Shown one piece after another: positions 1 through 8,996 of a stretch of DNA of 17,042 bases (position 1 is its first letter; each line of letters begins with the position of its first letter). Made by a program: the position numbers and the translations under genes. This stretch comes from Amoeboradix gromovi X-113 (Eukaryota > Fungi > Sanchytriomycota): positions 1 to 17,042 of the forward strand of contig JADGIF010000149.1 of assembly GCA_018985225.1 (NCBI GenBank), in the 5' to 3' direction. The notes beneath the pieces were generated by a model. That model saw only the letters and a program-made list of their open reading frames with translations, had not been told where the DNA came from and ran no database searches.

Positions 1-171
1 TGAAGTGTGGTAGTGATATTTTATTTGAAATAAAGACTGGATGAATGAGTAAGAGAATAGCTGTACAGAATATTTATTTTCCTTTTATACTCGTCAACTA
101 GCTGAATGTCCACTCGCCTCTTAAATCCATAAAGTTATAAAGCTGAAATAATGTTCCTAGTTGTTACAGAA

Positions 172-201
172 AGTTAGTCTAGTTTTTATATCTGATGTCC
201 C
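172..201 (-). repeat. TIR-family copy A (partner probably left of the window)
   Basis: Minus strand reads GGGACATCAGATATAAAAACTAGACTAACT, matching the copies at 1802, 2078, 3954, 5590 and 12315. Shares the inner extension CTTTCTG with the 2078 copy. Confidence 0.75.
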
Positions 202-516
202 ACATGTATTAAAAACATTTGAAGACAGTATACACATGGGCGCAATCTGAAAAGCAAACTAGTCAAGTGTTAGTGTAACATATTTTATCAGATACGCTTG
301 GGTAAAACTCGCTCTTGTTAGTTCATTTGTTGATTCTGAGTACAGGAATAAGCAAACAAATGTCTTCCTACTGATTTCATACAGAACTTTCTTCTTTTGC
401 GCTGCGGTAGCCTAGTTAATCACTTTTACCTTAGATTCTTTTACTTGGTATTTTGAGTAAATTTGACTCTATCATCAAGTTGCTACTTGGTTTGACCAAG
501 TGATTCTGCGTTTCTA

Positions 517-810
517 TCAAAGTCTTCTAATAATTTTGTAAATTCTCAAACAAGCATTTTCATCTCGATTACTTTGTAAACGCACATTTCCACACCATAG
601 TAAGGCATTTCCAAGGGTTTTATGCTATTTGGAATACATCAGGCCATGTAAACAAACCTTGCGCTCATGCGCTATCCTTCAGAGCGTCTCTTGCATTTGG
701 ATTTATTCGTGATCTTGTTGTATGGGCAATGTTCTTCAAAAGCAGAGTGCTATCTGCTCAAGTGGAGCATGTTCATTTAAGTGTTCACTTGTAACACAAT
801 ATTTCCTACA
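517..810 (-). pseudogene. Possible Fanzor1/TnpB-like C-terminal remnant
   Basis: Minus-strand translation VCLHGLMYSK*HKTLGNALLWCGNVRLQSNRDENACLRIYKIIRRL*. NRDENAC (570-550) resembles the RuvC-III RDxNAxxNI motif and HGL resembles Fanzor1 HGLLxC. The upstream part is frameshifted and weak. Confidence 0.4.
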
Positions 811-856
811 ATTATTTCAACAGTGTGAAACTACAGGGGCTGTTAACAATTAAAAA

Positions 857-1261
857 ATGATTGCAGACAAAAAAGACGAAAAGAATCATTTGGCTAGCGA
901 AAAAAGGCGCAGAAATCAAATAAGGACAGGTTTTAGACATTTGGTTTTGCTTGTGCCTGCTTTGAGGCAACATCTGGAAGAGAGTGGTCAAATTAGCCAG
1001 CAAGAGGTAAATGAAGCCTTTTTAGAAGCCATGTTTGAGAAGCATGCCAGCATACAGGATGAAAAAGACATAATAGGAGGACATCAAATTTCAAAATCAA
1101 CTATATTAGGCGCATCTGCGGAGTTCATTGAAATAATTGAGAGGAAAACTTATGAATACACCAAACAAAATGGACAACTGGAAACACAGCTGATGTCATT
1201 ACCAAATGATCACGTGCAAAGCTTGAGCGACTTGTTTGAAAAGACAGTCTCAGAAATTTAA
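857..1261 (+). CDS. bHLH transcription factor (Ino4/Mlx/Max-like)
   Basis: Basic region NHLASEKRRRNQIRTGFRHLVLLVP, helix 2 SKSTILGASAEFI, and a following coiled segment. Confidence 0.9.
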   Translation: MIADKKDEKNHLASEKRRRNQIRTGFRHLVLLVPALRQHLEESGQISQQEVNEAFLEAMFEKHASIQDEKDIIGGHQISKSTILGASAEFIEIIERKTYEYTKQNGQLETQLMSLPNDHVQSLSDLFEKTVSEI

Positions 1262-1801
1262 AATAATAAAGCTAAATATACATAATCTGTTTATTGGTAT
1301 ATGGTGTCTTCAATAGAATTCTCAGTCAATAGAGAATATATCATTAAGCATAACGATGGCAATGATAGTTACATAACGTAATTTCAATGTATCTTCACAG
1401 TCTCAAATGACCCTCTATAGATATTACATCTTTGAATTCTCAGAGATTTGCTTTGTAATCGTGGATAGGTTAAAATAAAAAATCATACGGCACTTCCCAA
1501 ATCTAGCATCATCATCGAATTCAATTATGATATCAAACTTGAAATTTATTCATACGGTATATAAGTCAAGCGTCTACGTTAGTAATGGGTGTTCAGCCAT
1601 CCAAGGAAATAAAACCTTCAGTACTAAGGTGGAAACTGCAACGTTAGAATTATTCATCTCTACAAAATGTAACTTACCATTTAAACATTTTCAGTTCAAT
1701 TTTGTTCCTCCTTTCCTCTCCAAAAGTCGATGTGCAACACGTGTACAAACCAATCAAGTGCACCTCTCCTTATAAAAATCATTGTTTCCTATAAATCAAG
1801 T

Positions 1802-2078
1802 GGGACACCAAATATAAGACTAGACCAAGTCGTTTTTAAAGGAGGTGCACCATAAGGAGGAAATACTATTATTAATAAAAGTACTTCTTCTTTCATTAAT
1901 GTCATTCCACTCTTTAAAATATAAAAAGACGGCCCGCTATCTCTTTCAAGTAAGGTCTTTGAGTGTCTAAGCAAAAGGTGCAACCAATAAGCTTGATTTA
2001 ATTTACTATCGGTTAATACACCTGAAATGGTGATTGGAACTGTATCAGAAAGAGTCTAGTTTTTGTATTTCATGTCCC
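1802..2078. mobile_element. 277-bp MITE-like element bounded by inverted TIR-family copies
   Basis: GGGACACCAAATATAAGACTAGAC at 1802 (+) and GGGACATGAAATACAAAAACTAGAC at 2078 (-). No credible internal ORF. The flanks AAGT/ATTA do not form a clean TSD. Confidence 0.55.
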
Positions 2079-2104
2079 ATTATGTTTCAAGGTTGGCCAT
2101 TCTC

Positions 2105-2216
2105 GTTAAAAGTCCTGATATCCGAGAAAATCAAGAATTTCCACAGAGAAACTAGCAATGCTAGATGCTCCGTTACAGCGATTGCTCACGCTTTCACTAC
2201 CCTGAGGCGGGATTGA
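2105..2216 (-). ncRNA. Candidate omegaRNA scaffold (copy 1)
   Basis: Lies between the Fanzor2 end and the element right end and is conserved with 13183-13305. Hairpins: AGUGAaaGC-GUGA-GCaaUCGCU (2198-2177), a CUAGCA/UGCUAG inverted repeat, and UCUUGAU...AUCAGGA. Confidence 0.7.
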
Positions 2217-2428
2217 ATAATGATGTGTATACTTGATGTATATGTTCCTTGCTGCCATATGATCTCTATCATCAAATGACATTTTGTACAGGTTCAGGTT
2301 TCCAAATTGGTTTTCTTAAGATTTTCACACCTTGTGCATGTCTGACCAGTAAATAATTCATTACATTCGATTATCGTCTTTCCTCTTTGTTTACATTTGA
2401 ACATCAAGCGTTCCTTAAATAAATTGTG
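2217..2428 (-). pseudogene. Fanzor2/TnpB nuclease C-terminal remnant
   Basis: HNLFKERLMFKCKQRGKTIIECNELFTGQTCTRCENLKKTNLET*TCTKCHL(frameshift)DDRDHMAARNIYIKY. Contains the Glu before the zinc ribbon, two CxxC pairs and RuvC-III DRDxxAARNI. TGA at 2296-2294. Confidence 0.9.
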
Positions 2429-2442
2429 CAGATATCACTGTC

Positions 2443-2575
2443 TAGGCATTGAAAGACATCTAATTCTTCCATGCTTGGACCAGTTCCTCAACGTTGATGA
2501 ATCTATGCTGCACCTGCTAGTTATTTCTTTAGATTCGACATGTTCAGGATTACATTCATTAATTTCATTTACCAT
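2443..2575 (-). pseudogene. IS607-family TnpA (serine recombinase) N-terminal HTH remnant
   Basis: MVNEINECNPEHVESKEITSRCSIDSSTLRNWSKHGRIRCLSMP matches the TLRxWxxxGxI MerR-like HTH of IS607 transposases. It is joined by a deletion to the Fanzor2 C-terminus. Confidence 0.75.
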
Positions 2576-2858
2576 CTGCGAGAATGAAGAATGTCAAGTA
2601 TTTAAGCTATTAGAAAAATCTGAAAAAGTCTTGAAATTATACAAAAATGCATACAAATTCGCGATAAATGATTTATTCAAGAAAACAATCGAGCTGTTTA
2701 ATCCAATGAAAAAGTATAGAAGTAGAGTATATTGCGGCGCTATAGCTCATGGAGTCACTATAAATAGTTCAAGCAATTAAAATCGATAGCTGCTGCAATA
2801 AATGAGGAAATTAATGAATGATTCCTTGAAATCTCAAAAATGACTTGAAACGCAGCAG

Positions 2859-3657
2859 ATGATAAAATCAAAAACAAGTCTTTTTATGCAGTATAGAAAA
2901 TCCTACAGGAAAAACACTGCTCCTTCAGATGCTGCACCATTACTGGATATTCCTCTTTCTGTTCTACCACCTAAATATGTTGATGAGTTATATGAAATCG
3001 ATCAGTCTTTGTCTCAGAATAAACAAAGAATCGAATATCTTCAAAATAGACTAAAAACCTCTCTAACCGGTGTTGATGATTTGGAAATGAAAAAGATTAT
3101 AGAAGGTATAAATCAGGCCATTCAGCAAATTCAATTTCGCATTGATAAAATTCATCACACTGATTCTTTGGCTGGTAACATAAGACAAGGACTATTGTTA
3201 AAGCTTCAAAGTAACATCAAGCTGTATCAATCGATCCAAACCAAGATAATTCAGAATCAATTGCCCTCTTTACCGGCTTCCAATGGAGGTGGCAATACCA
3301 GTCCAACCGGTGATTCCTTGCTGCAAGAATATCAGTTGGATTTAGTTCAAGTTCCCAGCGACAGGTCTCGCGAAATAGAACAGGTTTCTGATAGCATTAA
3401 AGAGATGGCCCAAGTATTTCAGCAAATAAATCACTTAATATTGGAACAGGGATCTATGGTCGATAGAATTGATCAAAACATTGAGAATACCTTAGAGGCT
3501 ATTCAAGGTGCCAATGAGGAACTGGCTCAGGTACATCTAATCACTTACGTAGGGTGCGAAATACCAGGAAAGTGCAACCAAGAGAAACATAATATTTATG
3601 CTTGTCTTGTTTGTATTTGCTCTAATTATTATACTAATAATAAAAAACAGGAAGTAG
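2859..3657 (+). CDS. TLG2: Qa-SNARE, Tlg2/syntaxin-16-like (exons 2859-3530 and 3553-3657)
   Basis: N-peptide TSLFMQYRKSY, LPPKYVD motif, and SNARE motif EQGSMVDRIDQNIE. Splicing out 3531-3552 restores GAKYQES...IIFMLVLFVFALIIILIIK, a C-terminal TM anchor, with TAG at 3655-3657. Confidence 0.88.
3531..3552 (+). other. 22-nt spliceosomal intron
   Basis: GTACATCTAATCACTTACGTAG has GT-AG ends and a CTAAT branch-like motif. Its removal restores the syntaxin TM domain. Confidence 0.85.
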
Positions 3658-3854
3658 TTTCAATTTAATAAATTATTCATAGTGATTACATGGATTTATC
3701 TTTCTGTTAGTCCTTCTTACCAGAGTTCTGCAATTGAATAAAACTTGATATTCGTGTTTCTTGTCCTTTATCAATGTATCCAAACCATTTCAGCCAAAAT
3801 ATCTCAAATTAAAGATATCGCTTAGTGATAGATAAATACCCATTACTTTCAGGA

Positions 3855-3953
3855 TCTAAAAACTGGCTTAAACGGTAAATCATATTTCAAAGAAGAGGAA
3901 GGATAATAGTGGAATGCAATGACACATTTACTGGTAAAACGTGTATAAGATGT
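3855..3953 (+). pseudogene. Fanzor2 remnant, part upstream of the insertion
   Basis: SKNWLKR*IIFQRRGRIIVECNDTFTGKTCIRC aligns with copy 1 FKERLMFKCKQRGKTIIECNELFTGQTCTRC. Confidence 0.8.
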
Positions 3954-5590
3954 GAGACGCCAAATATAAAAACTAGACTAAGTTAAAAAATTTCATTTTG
4001 AGATATTTCGATTTGAAAATAATCAAATATAAAAACTGGATTAACTATTTCAGCCTATCGAATTGCAAAAAATGCCAATCATTTTCTTGATTTTTAAAAA
4101 TTGGTTGAATCAATCAACTGACTGATTTAACTTTAAACCAATAAAGTTAAGGGAATAAGTTATTTACTGAATAGTCATTTTAAACGTTTTTTCATAATAA
4201 TTAATTGCCAAATCTGCTCTTGCTGTAACTAAAAATGAAGACCCGATCAAATTCAACTGTTCAAAATGGCTATCTTTTGGACTCTTTTCTACTTTGTATC
4301 CACCATCTCTGAATTTTATATCAAAACTATCAGGAAAAACATTATGAAACCCTAACGCTTTCATCGCTGTTTCGCAAATATACAAAACAGGGGAGCCAGT
4401 ATCTATTATAAAAATGACATTGATTGCTTTGTTTCCAGCAAAGGAAATTGGTAAATTAATCATTGGTCTTAAATTTGTCCCAAAAAGGATTCCATTAATT
4501 GAATTTTTTCCAGCATCGGTTGCCTCTTGTAAATACTTGATATTTAGCTCTTTTGCCACCTTATCTACTAGCACTATGTGATTTACATCTGTAAGTAATA
4601 CATCATAGTGAGATGGGTCTATATAATCTTTCGAATCCATGCTATCAATTGGTAGTTGTCTTTCAAGCATCATTAAATGGACAACAGTTGAAACAAGATA
4701 TTTGTTTTCCTTATCCTTATTAGTCATATTATAATTAAATGAATTTAATCTAGATATCACTGCTCGATAATCGACATCCTTTGTAAAATCAATTTGACTT
4801 AGCAAAACTTTGAAGTCCTGAATAGGATCTTGATGACAATCGATCTCATCAAAGTCTATTTCTCCTAACTTTGGATGAATTGAGAGAAATACTTTTTTCA
4901 AATTTTCAAACACATTTTCATTTGACGCTCCCATGTTTTTTCCTTAATCTTTATCAGAAACTTTTTAGAATCTCGTTCAAACATTTCAATCAGAGGAGCT
5001 ATTGCTAGGCATGTTGGGTCAAAACAAAATAGTCATAGAATGGAAGCTTTGTATTAAAACAATGAGCAAATAACAAAATTACGCACGGACTTAACTATTG
5101 AACAAGTAAAAGGTGTGATTCGTTCTCTGTATGATACAGATGGAACCTTTACTCAATTTTTTTAAATTAATAAGGTCTAAATTAAATATTTTTTAAATTG
5201 TAATTCTGATTAGAAAGGTATTAATTCAGTGTAGCTAATTAGTAATCTGCCTTATTTTTTATGCATCATATATTTCGTGTCTAGATAAGTATTAAAACGC
5301 AATGCTGGAAAAATAATATTTTCATTCTAAGAATGATTTCTTGGAATTTGTATTCATGAGCTTGTAAACAAGACTATAAAAAATAAACAATCTGATTGGT
5401 TTAAAAAGTTGTCTACTTTTTACATTTGATTTTCAATATTAATTTTAAACTGGAATACCTCTATAGATGATAGTGAGAATGCTTCAACACTGGAAATTTT
5501 AGAAAGATAATTTAATAGAGATTTCGTAAATACTATTTTTTCCAATTTCTGAAGTTTTCCACTTATTCTAGTTTTTATATTAGATGACCC
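3954..5590. mobile_element. 1637-bp non-autonomous TIR transposon with cargo gene and 4-bp TSD (ATGT)
   Basis: Left end GAGACGCCAAATATAAAAACTAGACTAAGT versus reverse-complemented right end GGGTCATCTAATATAAAAACTAGAATAAGT (24/30 by hand). ATGT at 3950-3953 and 5591-5594. Excision restores TCIRCGTLKK. A subterminal repeat lies at about 4023-4048. Confidence 0.85.
4164..4934 (-). CDS. Retropepsin-like (single-domain) aspartic protease family protein
   Basis: Intact 256-aa ORF with the catalytic-type motif FIIDTGSP and C-terminal LNLIGSSFL. Confidence 0.75.
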   Translation of the reverse strand: MGASNENVFENLKKVFLSIHPKLGEIDFDEIDCHQDPIQDFKVLLSQIDFTKDVDYRAVISRLNSFNYNMTNKDKENKYLVSTVVHLMMLERQLPIDSMDSKDYIDPSHYDVLLTDVNHIVLVDKVAKELNIKYLQEATDAGKNSINGILFGTNLRPMINLPISFAGNKAINVIFIIDTGSPVLYICETAMKALGFHNVFPDSFDIKFRDGGYKVEKSPKDSHFEQLNLIGSSFLVTARADLAINYYEKTFKMTIQ

Positions 5591-5686
5591 ATGTGGAACT
5601 CTGAAAAAAGAATCTGGAGATATCATTATACAAACTGCCATTTGGGAGACAATAGAGACCTGCACTTGAAATATATGAATCACTAA
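5591..5686 (+). pseudogene. Fanzor2 remnant, part downstream of the insertion
   Basis: CGTLKK(fs)NLEI(fs)HYTNCHLGDNRD..KYMNH* parallels copy 1 CENLKKTNLET*TCTKCHL.DDRD...KYTHH. Confidence 0.75.
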
Positions 5687-5794
5687 TCAACCTAGCCTCA
5701 TGGCTCTAGTCATGCAGCTACTGGAGCAGCGGATCCACCAGCTTTATCACTTTCTCTAGGAATTCCTGATTTGCTAGGAATCAAGACAATTAAA
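5687..5794 (+). ncRNA. Candidate omegaRNA scaffold (copy 3)
   Basis: TTTCTCTAGGAATTCCTGATTTGCTAGGAATCAAGACAATTAAA aligns with copy 1 TTTCTCTGTGGAAATTCTTGATTTTCTCGGATATCAGGACTTTTAAC. A stem GCUCUAGU/ACUGGAGC (5703-5727) occupies the position of the GNRA hairpin. Confidence 0.6.
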
Positions 5795-5831
5795 GAAAAA
5801 TCGATTGACTGGTAATAAAAAATGTTTATTT

Positions 5832-6779
5832 TTATTCCAAAAGCTCTGGGTGAATTGCATATCTTTGAATTTGCTCGCAATCAACGGCAACAACTCCAAA
5901 TTTCTGTTTTCCACGAATGGGAAAGATTGCAAAATCAGATACACTATTAGAAAAGGCAGCATGCGAGCTAACATATTCAACAGGTAGATCCGAGTCGTCA
6001 TCAACAAACTCAGAGTCAATTTTTGCAATATCAACCAAATGAATATTATGGCCACTTGTGAAGAAAAAGTGAGTATCGGCGATACCCCACTTCAACCGCT
6101 CATAAGAAGAGTCTTCTGATATCCACTTGTGCAGCAAACCAGATTTTAAATCATGAAGTTCGATTTCAGAGTTAGTACAAAACAAGGCAAAAGGACGAGT
6201 CGGATGAACTGCAATAGACTTGGCCTCACCTAGCAACGGTATTTTGTACAGAAGCACTTGAGTACTCAAATCATAGAGGGAAACAGTCGTGTTATGTTGA
6301 TTGTCCATAACAAAAAGTAAGTTTTCATACGCATCTAAAGCAGCTGCTTCAATTTCCAAGGACCATTTCATTTTATTTTCCACCAAAACTGCTATTCCAC
6401 TGGTGTATGCAACCGCAACACTACCTTTTAAAGGTACAATAGAAGTTATTTCGTTTTCGAATTTAGCAACATTCTGCAGCGCATTAAATGGCCCATTATA
6501 TACATTACCTGTAGAAGTACCGACAAAGATCATGTCTTTTACCAGCTGAACCACGGAAACCTCGCCATCTATAGGCACTCTGGATTTCTCATTCAGTTTA
6601 TGATCAAATTTTATCAGCATGTTCTCGTTTTCTAGGATAGTTCCAACATATATCTCAGATGAGTTGGCCGAAATAGTGAAGTCTAAGCCATCTTCCTCGT
6701 CAACGTATTTATGAGTAAATGTGGAATAAAGGTAATGGACATTGTTGTTGAAATTTTTATTCTTGTTATCCCTTGTCAT
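5832..6779 (-). CDS. WD40-repeat protein, highly divergent RBBP4/Msi1/Hat2-like histone-binding protein
   Basis: Beta-rich repeats. The C-terminus LVDIAKIDSEFVDDDSDLPVEYVSSHAAFSNSVSDF parallels RBBP4 [33 protein letters not shown]. Confidence 0.7.
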   Translation of the reverse strand: MTRDNKNKNFNNNVHYLYSTFTHKYVDEEDGLDFTISANSSEIYVGTILENENMLIKFDHKLNEKSRVPIDGEVSVVQLVKDMIFVGTSTGNVYNGPFNALQNVAKFENEITSIVPLKGSVAVAYTSGIAVLVENKMKWSLEIEAAALDAYENLLFVMDNQHNTTVSLYDLSTQVLLYKIPLLGEAKSIAVHPTRPFALFCTNSEIELHDLKSGLLHKWISEDSSYERLKWGIADTHFFFTSGHNIHLVDIAKIDSEFVDDDSDLPVEYVSSHAAFSNSVSDFAIFPIRGKQKFGVVAVDCEQIQRYAIHPELLE

Positions 6780-7149
6780 AAAAACTAAATGTAGAGAGTA
6801 AAATTCTCAGGTTCTATTGATGCACATTATTCAAGACACAGACCGTATGAAAATAGACAACTGCTTAGGGAATCGCTCTAAGCGACCTAAATCGGTACTT
6901 CCTGTGAAACTGGCTAGATGTGCTTTATACTTTCTTGAAACCCATGAGTTTCTGAAACAATACAACTTTGCAAAGTTTAGGTTTATTTAATTTGTGTGCC
7001 AGGCATATTTGCTATGAGATCTTTAACATGTATTGCTTGTTAATACAAAGATAGTCCGTTTACATCGTTGAAGATTTAAAATGTCAATTATTTTTCTCTG
7101 AGTTATGGTAAGCACTTAAGGTTAAAACGCGTGGTAGATAAGTTATGAG

Positions 7150-7960
7150 GATCAAGAGTTAACTATGCGCGCCAGAACAGAAGAAGATACGCGCTGAGCT
7201 CATGCGCATCTTAAGACTCCACGAGAAGAACAGCGTCACGTTATACGCTAAAGATACGGAGAAGAAAGACGCTCCAATGAAGTTGCTGCTGAAGGTGCGC
7301 CCTCAGAACATGGTGAACCAAAGTTCAAGTCGAGATTCTTTAAGCTCGCTGACTTTTTAGGGGCTTGCTGTCAAAAGCAGTTTATGATGAGTAAGAGTCG
7401 AGTGTAGAGGGTTCAATGATTCACCACAAGGGCTGTCTACCTTTTACGCAGTTTGGGCAGATAGAAAGGGAGGTAACTATTGATATGCTGGTTTATGCTG
7501 TGAACAGAGGAATGGGCTTTATATACAAGGGATATTAGCAGGGAATCGACACGGCGCTACAGATATTCTATGGGACATTGGATGAATTATTTGACCAACG
7601 ATACTTGGCGACACTGACTGTGCAGATCAAAAACAGCAAGAAATCAGATTACGCCAGTTATCCTGGTTCAGCAACAACGGGCTTGTCATTGATAAGCATG
7701 GGTGACGAAATAGACGTGAAAGAATTTATGTCGTTGTATGTAGCATACTGGAAGGGTGACAGTAAGAAGAAAGGAACCCCGAAGTAGTGGAGAGTGTCCC
7801 GAAGCAGTACAGCTTATCGTGGTTTGAGTTTTCGGACCTCAACGAGGGTTTTTAAAGGGACAAGGACTAATTGGAGCAGCTACTGCAAGAGGGACTAGTA
7901 AGATTCTACGCGTACACGCACCCTTACGAAACTATCACTTAATTTAGTAGAGGATTTATT
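7150..7960 (+). pseudogene. Crinkler-type restriction-endonuclease-fold effector pseudogene
   Basis: FTQFGQIEREVTIDMLVYAVNRGMGFIYKGY*QGIDTAL...LTVQIKN carries the GID and QxKN motifs of PD-(D/E)XK-like CRN domains. Multiple stops and frameshifts; boundaries approximate. Confidence 0.55.
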
Positions 7961-8049
7961 TAGCAAGGCCAATCTTTCGATATTTATTCATGAGCTCTGT
8001 AAAGTGGTTGATCTTCATTATAATGAATTTAAATCTATATGGCTTCTTA

Positions 8050-8996
8050 GAGTAGTCCTCTGTACGTAGAATTTAAGTGATAGCATTAAGAAGGATATGG
8101 AAATTAATTTACTGCATTTTTTACTCATCTCGCAACCTCCCCATAAGAGTTCCTTTCAGTCCAATTCTCGCTATACCAAAATATCAAACCAATGGTTTCC
8201 ATCTCCTGCTAAAACAACCAAATCAGACTCAAGCTCACGTTCTATCACTGGCACATCTTCCAAGACTTCTGACTGTATAGCTTGAGTTTATATTTAGAGT
8301 TCTTGTACTTGAATATCCATTTGTGTTCATTAGCATTCCATGCGTCAAAGTGACCCGTATCCTGGATAATAACTGGCTCCTTCAGAAGGCATTCAAATCC
8401 AAAGAAGTTCACAGTATTGTATCCCAACGATATGTAAAGCCTATGCATCAAAGACTCTTTTGCAAAGCACACCCTTTCAAAAACAGTCCAATTCACTGCT
8501 GACTTATCTACAAGCAATTTCACTAATACATCTGACCACTGAAGTAAATAAATGGGTGGCAAATATGGCTGCTGGAGAGCCCCAAATGTCCTGGCACGTT
8601 TAAAGTATTCTGAGTAAACATTTTGATCTGGATATTCCACGCAAAACAAACAACTCGCCAAGAGCGCATTATCTTCCACTACCAAGGGTTTTACTGCTCC
8701 CCTATCTCATCGACCAGGTTGTTTCTTGGGTTGTACTTGATGCTCAACAGCGCACTTTCCAAAAGCCTAGGAATCCCACCGCAATAAGAGACTGCAGCTA
8801 AGACATCATCAAAACCAAGGGGTGTGTGTCTAAACAAATCCAAACAGGATTCTCTTCCCAAGGTTTCCAGGGTAACGTGAGAGACAAGAGTGCCGCTCGT
8901 TGTCACTGCGTCCTGAGTACCTTCTATGAACCAATGTTCATTCAGAACTTTACAAAGACATGAGCAAGTTCTAAAGTTATAGGAGTAAGATGCCAA
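8050..8996 (-). pseudogene. Crinkler-type NTPase/REase effector pseudogene
   Basis: Frameshifted ORFs 8691-8996 and 8245-8685 contain CGGIPRLLE, NWTVFERVC and GHFDAW...FKYKNS. No N-terminus is seen; boundaries approximate. Confidence 0.5.

Larger units (their letters stand above)
2105..2704 (-). mobile_element. IS607-like Fanzor2 element, internally deleted (copy 1)
   Basis: Minus-strand order: left-end segment (2704-2599, homologous to 13541-13436), TnpA HTH start, Fanzor2 C-terminus, then a conserved 3' segment ending GGACTTTTAAC at 2105, where homology to copy 2 stops abruptly. Confidence 0.85.
3715..5794 (+). mobile_element. IS607-like Fanzor2 element (copy 3, diverged), interrupted by a TIR element
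   Basis: Fanzor2 halves at 3855-3953 and 5591-5686, followed by an omegaRNA-like segment to about 5794. The left boundary is approximate (TTGAATAAA motif at 3734 shared with copies 1 and 2). Confidence 0.7.

Noticed and set aside
1300-1790. Possible decayed transposase on the minus strand; ORF 1527-1775
   Set aside because: Only vague fragments are visible and no diagnostic motif can be supported.
2034-2780. Plus-strand ORFs 2034-2216 and 2397-2780 (also 13234-13425 and 5420-5683)
   Set aside because: They are antisense shadows of IS607/Fanzor2 remnants and have no recognisable domains.
3954-3986. The TIR as part of the Fanzor2 coding sequence (reads ETPNIKTRLS after CxxC)
   Set aside because: The true continuation (CGTLKK) resumes at 5592, and copies 1 and 2 lack this motif.
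6864-6977. Hairpin near 6864-6890 and 14-bp palindrome AACTTTGCAAAGTT at 6964-6977
   Set aside because: Single-copy, with no similarity to the omegaRNA-like segments or to an RNA family I recognise; could be chance.
7571-7580. TGGGACA here and near 14144 as extra TIR copies
   Set aside because: Both lack the downstream TATAAAAACTAGAC core and lie inside coding-like sequence.
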